A stretch of 64,000 nucleotides of DNA from a virus. Taxonomy: Duplodnaviria; Caudoviricetes. The DNA is taken from IMG/VR virus record IMGVR_UViG_3300020045_001617, positions 7,107 through 71,106 of that record; one strand, 5' to 3'. The position numbers and the translations under genes were made by a program. Positions 26,931-37,475 of this stretch are shown here, one piece after another. The first letter of the stretch is position 1. Each line of letters opens with the position of its first letter. Under the pieces are notes generated by a model. The model made no database searches. It was not told where the DNA came from and saw nothing but the letters and a program-made list of their open reading frames with translations.

Positions 26931-29900
26931 TGGCCGGTCGCAGCGTCAATGTTGAACTGAGGGTCAAAGCGCAGGATGAAGCATCCAAAGCGCTAGACAC
27001 GGTCGCAAAGTCGCTGAAGGATCTGGGCAGCGCTGGAACTGCGCTCCAAGGTGGAACGGGCGGCGTCGGGAAGTTTGTCGAGAATATCGGCAAGAACCTT
27101 GGTAGTCTCGACGCCGTCGCCGCCAAGTTCGAAAACAACATCGACAAGATTGGCAAGTCGGAAGCGGTTCTTGGCTCGCACCTAAACACGCTGACAAAGT
27201 CTGTCGATGCGCAGAAGGCGAAAATGGAAGAACTGGTCGCAGTACGCGACCGCTACCAGCAGCAGTTGTCCAAAGGTTTCGTTGGTCCGGTTGAGTCCGG
27301 CGTCAATACAAAGTCGCTACGGGGGCTTGACAAGGAAATCGGCACTCTGAGCAAGAGTGTTGAAACGAATCTCCGAGGCATTGATTCCACGATTGGCAAG
27401 ATTGCCGATGGGCGCGAGGCTCTGCGGTCCTACCGACTTGCGCAGATCGAAGTTGAAAGCGCTGCGGTACAGGTCACAGCGGAACTGCTTCGCCAAGAAC
27501 AGGCGCTCGTAAAACTCACCGCTGCCGAGAAGCAGGCAGGGGCCGCCGCTGAACAAGCCGCAGCGAACCGCCGTGTCGGCGCGACGGTGAATCGTGTTAC
27601 CGGTGTTGATCGCGCACCTGTAGACAATGCTGGACTCCGCGCACAGCGTGAAACCGATCTTGCCAAGACCTTTGCGCCAGTGTTCGCCGCCGAAGACGTG
27701 GCAGCAACCCGCGAAGCCGCCGCCGCCTTTGACGTTGCAGAGAAGCAGGCCAAGGAAGCTGCCAGTGCTCTCGCGCAGATGCAGCAGTACGCCCGTGACG
27801 TGGCAGAAGCGCTGGACCCCGCAGCCAAGGCAACGCGCCTACTGGCAGCAGAGCAAGAGCGTCTCGACGCAGCGGTGTCGGGCGGCTTCCTGAGCAAAGG
27901 TCAAGCCGACGCACAGATTGGTCGCTTCAAGGCGCAGTTGGACGGTTCTGCGCTTGCCGCTGAGAAGACCAGTCGCGAGTTCGACAGCCTGTCTACCTAC
28001 GTGCAGGAACTGCGTCGCGAGTTTGATCGTGCCGGTTATGCTGAACAGTTTCTTACCCGTGAGACTGCTAAACTTGATTTGGCACTGAAGACCGTTGACA
28101 AGACGACCGGCAAGTCGATCCTTCAGCAGCACGAATACGTCAAAGCACTGGAAGCCGTTAAGCGTAAATCGGAACAGTTGGGTGAACAGTCCAACCCGAA
28201 ACTGTTTGGTCTGAATCCTTATCAGACGCAGAACCTGCTTTACCAGTTCAATGACATCGGGACGCAGTTGGCGTCAGGTACGTCAATAACTCAGACGCTC
28301 GCGCAACAGGGCGGACAGATCCTTCAGTTGTTCCCGAAGGTGGGGAACAGCATGGTGTCAGCCTTCCGTGGTGCTGGTGCCGCTGGCGGGGTGTTGGTAG
28401 GCGTACTTGCCGCTGTTGTCATTGGCATCAATGAGGCACTAACCGCAGCAGATCGTTTGCGCGACCTCGAAGCCATCCTTCGCGGAACGGCAGACGGTGC
28501 GAACTACAGCGCAACGGAATTGGTCAAGACTGCCAAGTCGATGCGGGAAATCGGCATCGCTACCGACGATGCGATGAAGATTGTCCGCATCGCGATGAAG
28601 TCTGGGTTCGACCAGTCTGCAATTGCAGGGTTTGGCGAAGCTGCCAAGGGTTTGGCGGTGGTGCTAGGTACTGACATCCCAAGTGCCGCACAGACACTGG
28701 CTGACGCACTCACAGGCGGCTACGACGCACTGGTAGACCTCGACAAGCAGACCAACGTCTTCACCGACAGCGAACTCAACAATCTTCGAGCGATGATTGA
28801 AAATGGGGACGCCCTTGGTGCGAATGCGGAAGCTGCGCGCATTCTCACTGATAGGTACGGAACGCTCGCGAAAGAAGCAGACGGCCCGTGGGACAAGGCA
28901 CTTAACAAACTCACGGACTCATGGGGACGGCTGAAAGAAAGCCTCGCCAATAGCGGTGTGATTCAGGGGTTGGTTACGGCACTAACCGCTGTGGCTGACG
29001 CTGTTTCCGACATTGTCGATGGCGTTGATAAACTGGCTTCCAACCCCGTCGGCGCATCTATATTCGGCGGCACGTTTGCAATAAACCCAGCCGCTGCCGT
29101 ATTCGCAGCAGGGGTTGTAGGGCGTCAAGCGCCAACGCCGCCTGTGGCCGCACCGGCTGCGAATCCACGCGGAACCGCCCCTCAGTCTGAACTCGACGCG
29201 ATATTGGCTCGCGCTGGGAGTGCAATAAAGCGTACAGGTAACACCTTCTCGGGTGCGACTGCTGGGGATGCAGCATTCTACGCCGCCGAAATCAAGCGCG
29301 CCAACGAACTTCTAGGTATCCTGAATCAGCAGAAGGGCACTGTTCGCGACATTTACCGCGATACGCTTGAACGCGCCAAGGCTGATGGCAAGGTTACGAC
29401 AGAAGCCGAGAAGCAACAGAAACTGGCCGATGATCTTAAGCGCATCCGCGTCGAAGTGAATCGTGACCTCGGGGCACCGCGCAACGCAGAAGAACGTCGC
29501 ATTGCCGAAGAGGTGGTCCAAGAGCGCCTGAACAAAAAGGCAGAAGAATACACCGGTCAACTCAAGCAGATTGCCGATGCACGCAAGCGCGCAGCAGATC
29601 AGGCCGAACGCGAATCTGCGGCACTTGCCAAACAGCAAAACACCGGCCTGTATCAAGCCAAGGCGCTGCTGCGCGAACTGGAAGGTATTGGCGGAAAGTT
29701 CAGCCAGAAGGCGTACAACGACGAAGGGACTCCCCGTCTCGGCTTTGGTAGTGACACCATCACCAATCCAGACGGCACCTATCGTCGTGTGCAGTACGGC
29801 GACACCACCACCAAGGATGGCGCAGAGCGTGACCTTGACCGCCGCATCAACAGTCTCATCGACGTTCTGGAAAAGCGCCTCGGTGGCGAACGCTTCAAGA

Positions 29901-31420
29901 ATTTCAGTGCGCAGCAGCAGGGCGCAATCGTCTCGCTGTATTACAACTACGGCATCAACTCTGAACGTCTATCGAAGGTGCTTGAGCCGGTGTTGCGCGA
30001 AGGCGACGAGGCGAAAATCGCGGCTGCAGTGCGCATTCTTGCCAACGATACAACGGCAAGTGAGCGCGCCGCAGGGCGCAACCTTGGACGCAACGGGAAA
30101 CCGATCAACTACGCTCGCCGTATGCGCGAATCTGATATTCTTGCGCAACCCAATGAGTCGGTGGCAGAAGGCGCAAGGGAAGTTGCCAAGGACCGAGATG
30201 CAACACAGGGCCAGTTCCTTACGGATCTGGCGCAGGAGAACGCACAGCGCGAACGCTCCGTGGCCTCACAGCGCGAACTCATTGGTCTACAAGGCGAAGC
30301 CCTTCTTCAGAAGCAAAAGGAACAGGCGATTGCCGAAGCCATTGCCAAGAAGGAAGAGGAACTTGTAAAACTTAACGAAGCCCGTCTGAAGTCTGGCAAG
30401 GCTGCAATTCAGACGACGCTGACCGACGCACAGAAGACTGACATTGGGCGAACTGTTGGTGAGGGCTTCGACCTTCAGCGCAACACCGTTGTCCAGACAG
30501 ACCTACAAACCAAGGTCAACGAATTGCTGGCGCTGCGTGACAGCATCCAAGCGCAGATCCAGAGCGAACTGGAACGCGGCAACACCGGCACAGCCAAGAA
30601 CCTTGAAGCGCAACTGGGCGACATCAATGGTCGGCTGCGCACGTCAGCACAGGAACTGCTGGACTACCAGATTGCGAATGCTGAAGCGCTAGGGCTGTCT
30701 GCCGAAGCCATCGACACGCTGAAGATGAAGCAGGATGCGCTGAACGAATCCACGCGCCAGTGGGTCAGCATCCTCGGCATCGGTGGCGAGCAGATTGCGA
30801 ATACGTTCACCAATCTTGCGGTAACGGCCCTCGACCAGTTCGCACAATCTGTCGCCAACGGCGAAAACGTGTTCAAGTCGATGTGGACGGCTTTCCGCCA
30901 GTTTGCTGCCGACTTCCTGTTGCAGATGGCGAAGATGATCCAGCAACAGATCATCTTCAATCTGGTTAGAGGTTTGCTGTCGAGCATCGGAGGTATTTTC
31001 GGTGGATCAGCAGCAGGTGCAGCAACGAACAGCCTCGGTGGCGGCTTCTCCAACTTCGATCTAGGCAGCCTTCAGTTCCACAAGGGCGGCGTGGTTGGCG
31101 GCGGTGGCGGCGAGTTCCGTTCGATCAACCCCAGCGTCTTCGCCAACGCCAACCGCTACCACTCTGGCGGCATCGCTGGCCTGAAGCCCGGTGAAGTCCC
31201 CAGCATCCTGATGCGCGGAGAGGAAGTGCTGACGCGCGACGACCCACGCCACATGCTCAACAGTGGTGGCGGGGGCGGCGGCAACGTGAAGATCGTTAAC
31301 ACCTTCGACGCCGAAGACTTCTTCAGCAAGGGTGCCAACACCAAGGCCGGGGAAAAGGCGATCATGAATCTGGTTCGCTCCAACCCCCGCGCCTTCAAGC
31401 AAGCGATGGGTGGTGCTTGA
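26930..31420 (+). CDS. Tape measure protein with embedded GH24 lysozyme-like domain
   Basis: 1496 aa Ala-rich helical; QNLLYQFNDIGTQLASG TMP motif; FHKGGVV/YHSGG C-terminus; LEG..AYND.G...GFG near 29660-30145. Confidence 0.92.
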   Translation: MAGRSVNVELRVKAQDEASKALDTVAKSLKDLGSAGTALQGGTGGVGKFVENIGKNLGSLDAVAAKFENNIDKIGKSEAVLGSHLNTLTKSVDAQKAKMEELVAVRDRYQQQLSKGFVGPVESGVNTKSLRGLDKEIGTLSKSVETNLRGIDSTIGKIADGREALRSYRLAQIEVESAAVQVTAELLRQEQALVKLTAAEKQAGAAAEQAAANRRVGATVNRVTGVDRAPVDNAGLRAQRETDLAKTFAPVFAAEDVAATREAAAAFDVAEKQAKEAASALAQMQQYARDVAEALDPAAKATRLLAAEQERLDAAVSGGFLSKGQADAQIGRFKAQLDGSALAAEKTSREFDSLSTYVQELRREFDRAGYAEQFLTRETAKLDLALKTVDKTTGKSILQQHEYVKALEAVKRKSEQLGEQSNPKLFGLNPYQTQNLLYQFNDIGTQLASGTSITQTLAQQGGQILQLFPKVGNSMVSAFRGAGAAGGVLVGVLAAVVIGINEALTAADRLRDLEAILRGTADGANYSATELVKTAKSMREIGIATDDAMKIVRIAMKSGFDQSAIAGFGEAAKGLAVVLGTDIPSAAQTLADALTGGYDALVDLDKQTNVFTDSELNNLRAMIENGDALGANAEAARILTDRYGTLAKEADGPWDKALNKLTDSWGRLKESLANSGVIQGLVTALTAVADAVSDIVDGVDKLASNPVGASIFGGTFAINPAAAVFAAGVVGRQAPTPPVAAPAANPRGTAPQSELDAILARAGSAIKRTGNTFSGATAGDAAFYAAEIKRANELLGILNQQKGTVRDIYRDTLERAKADGKVTTEAEKQQKLADDLKRIRVEVNRDLGAPRNAEERRIAEEVVQERLNKKAEEYTGQLKQIADARKRAADQAERESAALAKQQNTGLYQAKALLRELEGIGGKFSQKAYNDEGTPRLGFGSDTITNPDGTYRRVQYGDTTTKDGAERDLDRRINSLIDVLEKRLGGERFKNFSAQQQGAIVSLYYNYGINSERLSKVLEPVLREGDEAKIAAAVRILANDTTASERAAGRNLGRNGKPINYARRMRESDILAQPNESVAEGAREVAKDRDATQGQFLTDLAQENAQRERSVASQRELIGLQGEALLQKQKEQAIAEAIAKKEEELVKLNEARLKSGKAAIQTTLTDAQKTDIGRTVGEGFDLQRNTVVQTDLQTKVNELLALRDSIQAQIQSELERGNTGTAKNLEAQLGDINGRLRTSAQELLDYQIANAEALGLSAEAIDTLKMKQDALNESTRQWVSILGIGGEQIANTFTNLAVTALDQFAQSVANGENVFKSMWTAFRQFAADFLLQMAKMIQQQIIFNLVRGLLSSIGGIFGGSAAGAATNSLGGGFSNFDLGSLQFHKGGVVGGGGGEFRSINPSVFANANRYHSGGIAGLKPGEVPSILMRGEEVLTRDDPRHMLNSGGGGGGNVKIVNTFDAEDFFSKGANTKAGEKAIMNLVRSNPRAFKQAMGGA

Positions 31421-32784
31421 TGGTCGAAACTTTCCCCTTCAAGCCGAACTGGTCCGAAGCGCCCGAAGTCACGCTGTCCTATAAAACAGACATCTTCACG
31501 TCGCGCTCTGGGCTTGAACAGCGTCGCGCGCTACGCAGCACCCCGCGTCGGCGTGTCGATTACACCAGTCTCGCCCACCAGAGCGACATGGTGGCGTTCA
31601 ACCGGCTGATGGCAACCAAGCAGAACGTCGACTTCCTGTTCCCCGACTGGATGCGCGTTGCACGGACTCATGGTGTCACCAGCGGCGCGACCCACCTGTC
31701 ACTGCGCAGTCTTGCTCCTGACTGGGTGGTTGCAGGGCGTCAGGTGTTCCTGTGTGACGGCGACACGCTGACGCTGGTTACCATTGCGTCGGTGAGCGCC
31801 TACACGGTTGAACTGACAACCCCTGTTGCGCAGAACTACAGCGCCGGGGCATCGCTGCGTCCGGTGTATGCGGGGCAACTTGCCACGGTCACCTCGACGC
31901 TGAACACCAGCAACACCGTATCCGTGGCGGTCAGTTACGATGTGACTCCCGGCACGGTGGCGAACAGCACCAACGCTTTCTTCCCCTTCGTGGTGGACGG
32001 CAAAGAGGTCTTCGCGTTTCCGTGGAACTGGGGCGACGCCGTTACTGCCGAGTTCTCATGGGCGGTGGAGAACGTGGACTTTGACCGGGGTGTCATTGTC
32101 ACGCATCGGCCCGTTGACTTCGGCAAGGTCGGCCAGTCTGCCACGGTGGTACGCCACGGTGCGGAGCAGATCGACTACATGCAGCGCTTTATCGAGCGCC
32201 AGAAGGGTCAGCGCGGCCAGTTCTGGATGCCGAGCGGCACCGAAGACATGGTGGTCGCCTCTGACATTGCCAATGGAACGTCGTCCTTCACCGTGACAGG
32301 CACCGAAGTTGCCAACAGCTTCGGACTCAGCGAGGTCTATAAAGGTGTTGCGTTCTATCTGCGTGACGGGCGCAAGGTCTATCGCAAGATCAACAGCATC
32401 ATCGCATCGGGCGGCAATTCAGTTGTGTCGCTGTCGGCTGCGTTCACCTTCGCCATCCCGTCCAGTTTGATTGCAAAGATCAGTTGGATGCGACCGGCGC
32501 GCTTTGCCAGCGATGAAGTGACGCTCGAATATCTGTCAGACAGCGTTGTGCAGTGGAAGTCTACCACCACCACTGTTACATACGGTTCAGACGAACAGGA
32601 TTACGTGGCTCTCGACGGCGCAGGAGATTGGGTCATGGATAACTGGGGCGAGATGTCAGAAGCGACCATGGATGCGATTGACTACATGACGAACATCGCG
32701 CTGCCGTTTGGTGACGTTGCTACGCTGGGACTCGATGCGTTCGACGATTTTGTGAACAATGAGATGTGGGGAGCCTTGGGATGA
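31420..32784 (+). CDS. Distal tail/tail-tip structural protein
   Basis: FKPNWSEAPEVTLSYKTDIFTSRSGLEQRRALRSTPRR; follows the tape measure. Confidence 0.7.
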   Translation: MVETFPFKPNWSEAPEVTLSYKTDIFTSRSGLEQRRALRSTPRRRVDYTSLAHQSDMVAFNRLMATKQNVDFLFPDWMRVARTHGVTSGATHLSLRSLAPDWVVAGRQVFLCDGDTLTLVTIASVSAYTVELTTPVAQNYSAGASLRPVYAGQLATVTSTLNTSNTVSVAVSYDVTPGTVANSTNAFFPFVVDGKEVFAFPWNWGDAVTAEFSWAVENVDFDRGVIVTHRPVDFGKVGQSATVVRHGAEQIDYMQRFIERQKGQRGQFWMPSGTEDMVVASDIANGTSSFTVTGTEVANSFGLSEVYKGVAFYLRDGRKVYRKINSIIASGGNSVVSLSAAFTFAIPSSLIAKISWMRPARFASDEVTLEYLSDSVVQWKSTTTTVTYGSDEQDYVALDGAGDWVMDNWGEMSEATMDAIDYMTNIALPFGDVATLGLDAFDDFVNNEMWGALG

Positions 32785-33635
32785 GTTTTGAGTCTTACGA
32801 AGAGTCGATCTACCACGGTGAGCCGATTGACCTTTACACGTTCGTCTATGGATCTGGCGCAAACGAGCGTCACTATTTCGTAGACTGTGAAGGTGCTGTC
32901 ACCGTGGCAGGCATCACCTATACTCCGGTTGCGATCAGGCGCGGCGCGATCAACTCGTCTGGCACCCTCGACAAGTCGTCGCTGAACATCGAAGTCGATG
33001 CGCTGTCGCCCATTGCCGAACTGTTCCGCGTCTATCCGCCAACGCAGCCGGTCACACTGGTCATGCAGCACGGCCACGTTGGCGACCCCGACGAGGATTT
33101 CAAGGTCGTCTGGACTGGTCGTGTTCTGGGCTGCGGGTGGGAGGAAAGCATCGCCACCTTGAACTGTGAGCCGGTGTCCACGTCGATGCTGCGCACCGGG
33201 CTTCGCCGCCACTGGCAGTACGGTTGCCCACATGCTCTGTACATGGGCGACGAGAAGGGCGGTTGTCGTGCTGACAAGGACGCGGCGACGCAGACCACCA
33301 CGGTTTCTGCTGTGACCGGTTCCATCGTTACGCTGCCGGTGGGCTGGAACGGAACACGCGACAAGGCCAAGTTCGTCAATGGACTGGTCGAATGGGACAA
33401 CGGTTCAGGTTCGTTTGAGCGTCGCGCGATCCTGAAGGTGAACACCGCCGCAAACGTCATCACGATTGGTGGTCCCATCGTCGGCATGGCAGCAGGTAAC
33501 GGACTGCGCGTGATACTGGGGTGCAACCACCAGATGACCGACTGTGACGATCTGCACCACAGCATCAACGACTTTGGCGGGCAGCCGTGGATTCCTACGA
33601 AGAACCCGTTCGGGAACACCCAGAACTACTACTGA
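32781..33635 (+). CDS. Tail-tip protein, DUF2163/BR0599 family
   Basis: GCPHALY...C and GCNHQMTDC...NDFGGQPWIP..NPF Cys motifs. Confidence 0.85.
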   Translation: MSFESYEESIYHGEPIDLYTFVYGSGANERHYFVDCEGAVTVAGITYTPVAIRRGAINSSGTLDKSSLNIEVDALSPIAELFRVYPPTQPVTLVMQHGHVGDPDEDFKVVWTGRVLGCGWEESIATLNCEPVSTSMLRTGLRRHWQYGCPHALYMGDEKGGCRADKDAATQTTTVSAVTGSIVTLPVGWNGTRDKAKFVNGLVEWDNGSGSFERRAILKVNTAANVITIGGPIVGMAAGNGLRVILGCNHQMTDCDDLHHSINDFGGQPWIPTKNPFGNTQNYY

Positions 33636-33670
33636 TGGCGATTCGCTGACGCTGCGACTGATGCTTCCAT

Positions 33671-33691
33671 TGTCAACCAAATAGTGATAGG
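33671..33691 (+). promoter_or_regulatory. Putative late-promoter motif (copy 3)
   Basis: TGTCAA-CCAAATA-GTGATAGG upstream of the tail-tip operon. Confidence 0.55.
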
Positions 33692-33699
33692 GAACCCTA

Positions 33700-33933
33700 A
33701 TGGTTGCAGGTTGGCTCATAGCACTGGCGATTTCGGTTGCGGTATCCATCGCTTCCTACCTCATCATGCCCAAGCCAAAGGCACCGAAGCCAGAGGCAGC
33801 CAAGGAACTTGAGAACCCGTCAGCGGAAGCGGGTATTCCGGTCAAGGTGGTGTTCGGTTCAAAGATCATCAAAGACCCCAACGTCCTCTGGTACGGCGAC
33901 AAGTCCATCCGCACCTACAAGGTGAAGGCTTGA
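33700..33933 (+). CDS. Small tail-tip assembly protein
   Basis: N-terminal hydrophobic helix; PSAEAGIPVKVVFGS...PNVLWYGD. Confidence 0.8.
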   Translation: MVAGWLIALAISVAVSIASYLIMPKPKAPKPEAAKELENPSAEAGIPVKVVFGSKIIKDPNVLWYGDKSIRTYKVKA

Positions 33934-34130
33934 TGCGTATCACGATCACCGACATTCGCAACGCCGGTCACTGTGTCGCTGGTGCGCGCACATGGTTTGG
34001 CGAGTACGACCTCGACTTCCGCGACTTCCTGAAGAACGGCATTGACGCTGATGTGTTGCTGGCAACCGGCGACGCGATGGCAGTTCAAGTCGTCGAACGC
34101 AAAATAGAGCGAGAGCACTCCGATGGGTAA
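33933..34130 (+). CDS. Small tail assembly protein
   Basis: HCVAGARTWF...DFRDFLKNGI pattern seen in this tail-tip cluster. Confidence 0.75.
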   Translation: MRITITDIRNAGHCVAGARTWFGEYDLDFRDFLKNGIDADVLLATGDAMAVQVVERKIEREHSDG

Positions 34131-37100
34131 GAAGGGTGGCGGCGAAATTGAGGTCAACGAGTACCTCATGTCAATGCACGTTGGGCTGTGCAGCGAAATT
34201 GACGAACTGACTTCCATCTACGTCGGTGAAAAGCAGGCGTGGGCTGGCAATCAGGCCGACCCCGCTGCACTGGCAATCAGCAAGCCGTCGCTGTTCGGCG
34301 GCGAAAAGAAGGAAGGCGGTGTCCGTGGCACCGTTCTTTATCTCCCCGGTCGTCCAGATCAGGTGTTGCCCGACGCTATGGCGCAGAAGTTCGGTCGTGC
34401 GTCTGGTGCCGACTGCCCCGGCTTCCGTGGAGTCGCGTCGCTGTTCTTCACGGGTGGCAGTTATAGCGGCCCGTTTGCAGGCGGGCTTGGTGGGATCAGC
34501 GGCGCTAAGATGAGCGGCTTCTTTCCCGGTTACAGCACATCTGGTTTCCACTGGGTCAGCAACAACCCGTACATGAAGGATGTCTGGGTCGGGGTGAAGC
34601 GTGCGCCCAAAGGACTCAGCCCAAACACCGCACTGATTCCGCGCCTCGGCAGTAGCGGTCTTGTGCAGTTCACTCCCGGTGCAACCCTAGAACTAAAGTG
34701 GTGGCAGAGTACCTACAACCAAGGCACCAGCGCCGACGACCAAGCGCGCATGGGCGTACAGTATGTCTACGAGCACGGGATAACGCTTGACCCCGATGAC
34801 GCTGGTTCCACTGACATAATTTGGGCACCACTGCTTGCCACTGCCCCAATGGTATGGACCGAGCGCACGTTCACGTCCATCGTCCCGACCGGCACCTACG
34901 CTATCCGTGTCTACATGGAAATGCAGAAGATGACCGGCAGTTACAACGACGGTTACATCGACGACATCACGATGACCATCGACGGTTTGGCGCAGCCGCT
35001 CACCAATCCCGGCAACGAGACTCACAACGGTTCGGGCTGGACGGAAGAAGTCGGCGGCTTGGGGGTGCGTTTCAGCAACCCTTTGCCTCACAGTGGCACC
35101 GCGTACTTCACAGGTTCCAGCAACACACTGACTCGCGCCTACCAGTCGTTCACTCAACTTTCGACCGGTCCTGATGCGAACCCGGCACACATCATCTACG
35201 AGTGCCTGACGAACACCGACTGGGGAATGGGTGCCGCTTCGACGATCATCGACACCGCCTCCTTCGAGAGCGCTGCCGTGACGCTGTTGTTCGAGCGCTT
35301 CGGCTTGTCGCTGATGTGGACGAACCAGACCACCATCGAAGCGTTTGTCAGCGAAATCCTCGACCACATTCAGGCGATGGTGTTCGTCAATCCCCGCACC
35401 GGACTCCTCACGCTGAAACTCATTCGCGGGGATTACGACCTAACCACGTTGCGCGAAATCACGCCAGACGACGCCAAGATGCCGAAGTTCCAGCGGATCG
35501 CGTGGGGCGAAATCACCAACGAAATCGTCGTCACTTGGACCAACCCTGAGAATGAACAGGAAGAAACGGTTCAGATTCAGGACAACGCGGCGATTGCGGC
35601 GCAGGGTGGCATCGTTTCGGACAGCCGCAACTACTACGGCATCCGCAGTTCCGCTCTCGCGATGGCGGTGGCAGCACGGGATCTGCGCACTTCGTCAACC
35701 CCGCTTGCCAGTTGCGAGGTTGAACTCGACCGTCGCGCGTGGGACGTTCTACCCGGCGACGTGATTAAGGTGACGTGGCCCGAGTATGGTTTGAGCGGCG
35801 TTCCGATGCGCGTGGGACCGGTTGACTATGGCAGGCCGGGTGACCCGAAGATCAGCGTCAGTCTGATCGAAGACATCTTCGCCTACGCCACCACGGATTA
35901 CAACACGCCGCCGACGACAGAGTGGCAGGACGATGACGTTGTTCCGCATCCGATGGACAACAGCAAGATCATCACCGTCCCTTCGTTCTTCGCGGCGAAC
36001 TACCTGCCGACCGTGGGTACGGGTCTGGCCGACATTCAGTATCCTGAAGTGGTTGCTGGGGTGCTGGCCTCATCGACCAATGCTGTCGCCTACGACATTT
36101 ACGGCCAGCGGGTTGCGGTGGACGGCACAGCCTATGACTCTTCGATCACCACCAACACCGTAGCGGGTCGCGCGCTGCTGTCCACGGCGCTGCTGCGTGA
36201 CGCCACGACCACGTTTGTAGGCTTCAGTGACTTCACCGGACAGGTTGGACCGGCGCAGAATGTGTTCGCCTTCATCGGTGGTGACGAACTGGGTGACGCT
36301 GAGTGTGAGATTGCGCTGATCGCGGAAGCGACCGGCAACAGTTACACGCTGAAGCGGGGTATCCTCGACACTGTGCCGCGCGCATGGCCTGTCGGGACGC
36401 CCGTCTACTTCATCGACGTGAGTACCAAAGTCAGCGACCTGTTGATCCGGTCTGACGCTGAGTCAGTGACATACAAGTTGCTGTCGCGCACCATCGGCGG
36501 GATTCTGTCTGTTGAAGCCGCACCGGACCTCACGTCTACGCTGAACGGTCGTCCGCATTACCCGTTGCGCCCTGCCAATGTGAAGGTTGACGGCGAAACG
36601 TTCACCTCGATTGACATTGCAGGATTGGACCCCGTGCCGGTGACGTGGTCGAACCGCAACCGGGCTATGGAAAACAGCCAAGTCGTCTACTGGGACGAAG
36701 CGACTGTGACGCCGGAAACCGGGCAGACGACGAAGATCCGGTTGCTCACCAGCACCGGCACCCTGATTACGACGTTCACAGGTCTCACCGGCACCAGTTA
36801 CGATATTCCTGCGTCATCTTTCGCAGGCAACACGAACTGTTTCATCCGCGTCAGTTCGGAACGCGATGGCCTTGAATCGCTGCAATACACCGACATCAAC
36901 GTCTACTCGGACGGTAGCGGTGGTACAGGCGAGACGGGTGGCACAGGTGCTGGTAGCGGCGGTACGGGAGACTTCCCACGCACTGCAACATGGTCGGACT
37001 TCGTAACGGTCAGCACGACCACCTACTCCATGATCGGCAGCGTCACCACGTTGTCGCTCTACGCAGGCGACACTGTTACAGCCAACGCCGATCTGACTTA

Positions 37101-37389
37101 CGAAGTAATCGGAACAGGCAGCCGCACCTTGTCGGCCAAGTGGCAGTACGCCGTAGCAGGTTCTGGAATCTGGTATGACTTCGACGCAGCAGTGACAGGG
37201 TCGCTTGCAGCGAACATCCCGGCCAAGGACATCTTTGACGTTGGTGCCCTGTCATTTGAGCAGGAACTGATTGCGATACCGTCCAACGACTACGACATTC
37301 GCTTGGTCGCCATCGTCAGCGCAGGCGGCGTCTACCTCGACATTTACGGCACCGCGTCGGTTGTTGCCGCTGGTGGTATTGCACCTTAA
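34123..37389 (+). CDS. Central tail/tip attachment protein (J-like) with inserted CBM-like domain and C-terminal extension
   Basis: DANPAHIIYECLTNTDWGMG and LKLIRGDYD motifs; insert at ~34645-35170; Gly-rich linker and C-terminal beta domain. Confidence 0.85.
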   Translation: MGKKGGGEIEVNEYLMSMHVGLCSEIDELTSIYVGEKQAWAGNQADPAALAISKPSLFGGEKKEGGVRGTVLYLPGRPDQVLPDAMAQKFGRASGADCPGFRGVASLFFTGGSYSGPFAGGLGGISGAKMSGFFPGYSTSGFHWVSNNPYMKDVWVGVKRAPKGLSPNTALIPRLGSSGLVQFTPGATLELKWWQSTYNQGTSADDQARMGVQYVYEHGITLDPDDAGSTDIIWAPLLATAPMVWTERTFTSIVPTGTYAIRVYMEMQKMTGSYNDGYIDDITMTIDGLAQPLTNPGNETHNGSGWTEEVGGLGVRFSNPLPHSGTAYFTGSSNTLTRAYQSFTQLSTGPDANPAHIIYECLTNTDWGMGAASTIIDTASFESAAVTLLFERFGLSLMWTNQTTIEAFVSEILDHIQAMVFVNPRTGLLTLKLIRGDYDLTTLREITPDDAKMPKFQRIAWGEITNEIVVTWTNPENEQEETVQIQDNAAIAAQGGIVSDSRNYYGIRSSALAMAVAARDLRTSSTPLASCEVELDRRAWDVLPGDVIKVTWPEYGLSGVPMRVGPVDYGRPGDPKISVSLIEDIFAYATTDYNTPPTTEWQDDDVVPHPMDNSKIITVPSFFAANYLPTVGTGLADIQYPEVVAGVLASSTNAVAYDIYGQRVAVDGTAYDSSITTNTVAGRALLSTALLRDATTTFVGFSDFTGQVGPAQNVFAFIGGDELGDAECEIALIAEATGNSYTLKRGILDTVPRAWPVGTPVYFIDVSTKVSDLLIRSDAESVTYKLLSRTIGGILSVEAAPDLTSTLNGRPHYPLRPANVKVDGETFTSIDIAGLDPVPVTWSNRNRAMENSQVVYWDEATVTPETGQTTKIRLLTSTGTLITTFTGLTGTSYDIPASSFAGNTNCFIRVSSERDGLESLQYTDINVYSDGSGGTGETGGTGAGSGGTGDFPRTATWSDFVTVSTTTYSMIGSVTTLSLYAGDTVTANADLTYEVIGTGSRTLSAKWQYAVAGSGIWYDFDAAVTGSLAANIPAKDIFDVGALSFEQELIAIPSNDYDIRLVAIVSAGGVYLDIYGTASVVAAGGIAP

Positions 37390-37475
37390 CTGTCAGGCGA
37401 GGTTAGTTTGACCTGACGCCTGCACTGTGTTAGGGATCACCTAAATGGTGAACCTACACGGTTACGGGTGAATCT

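Noticed and set aside
34123-37389. Diversity-generating retroelement targeting tail or fibre genes
   Set aside because: No reverse transcriptase and no template/variable repeat pair with adenine-specific mismatches was seen.
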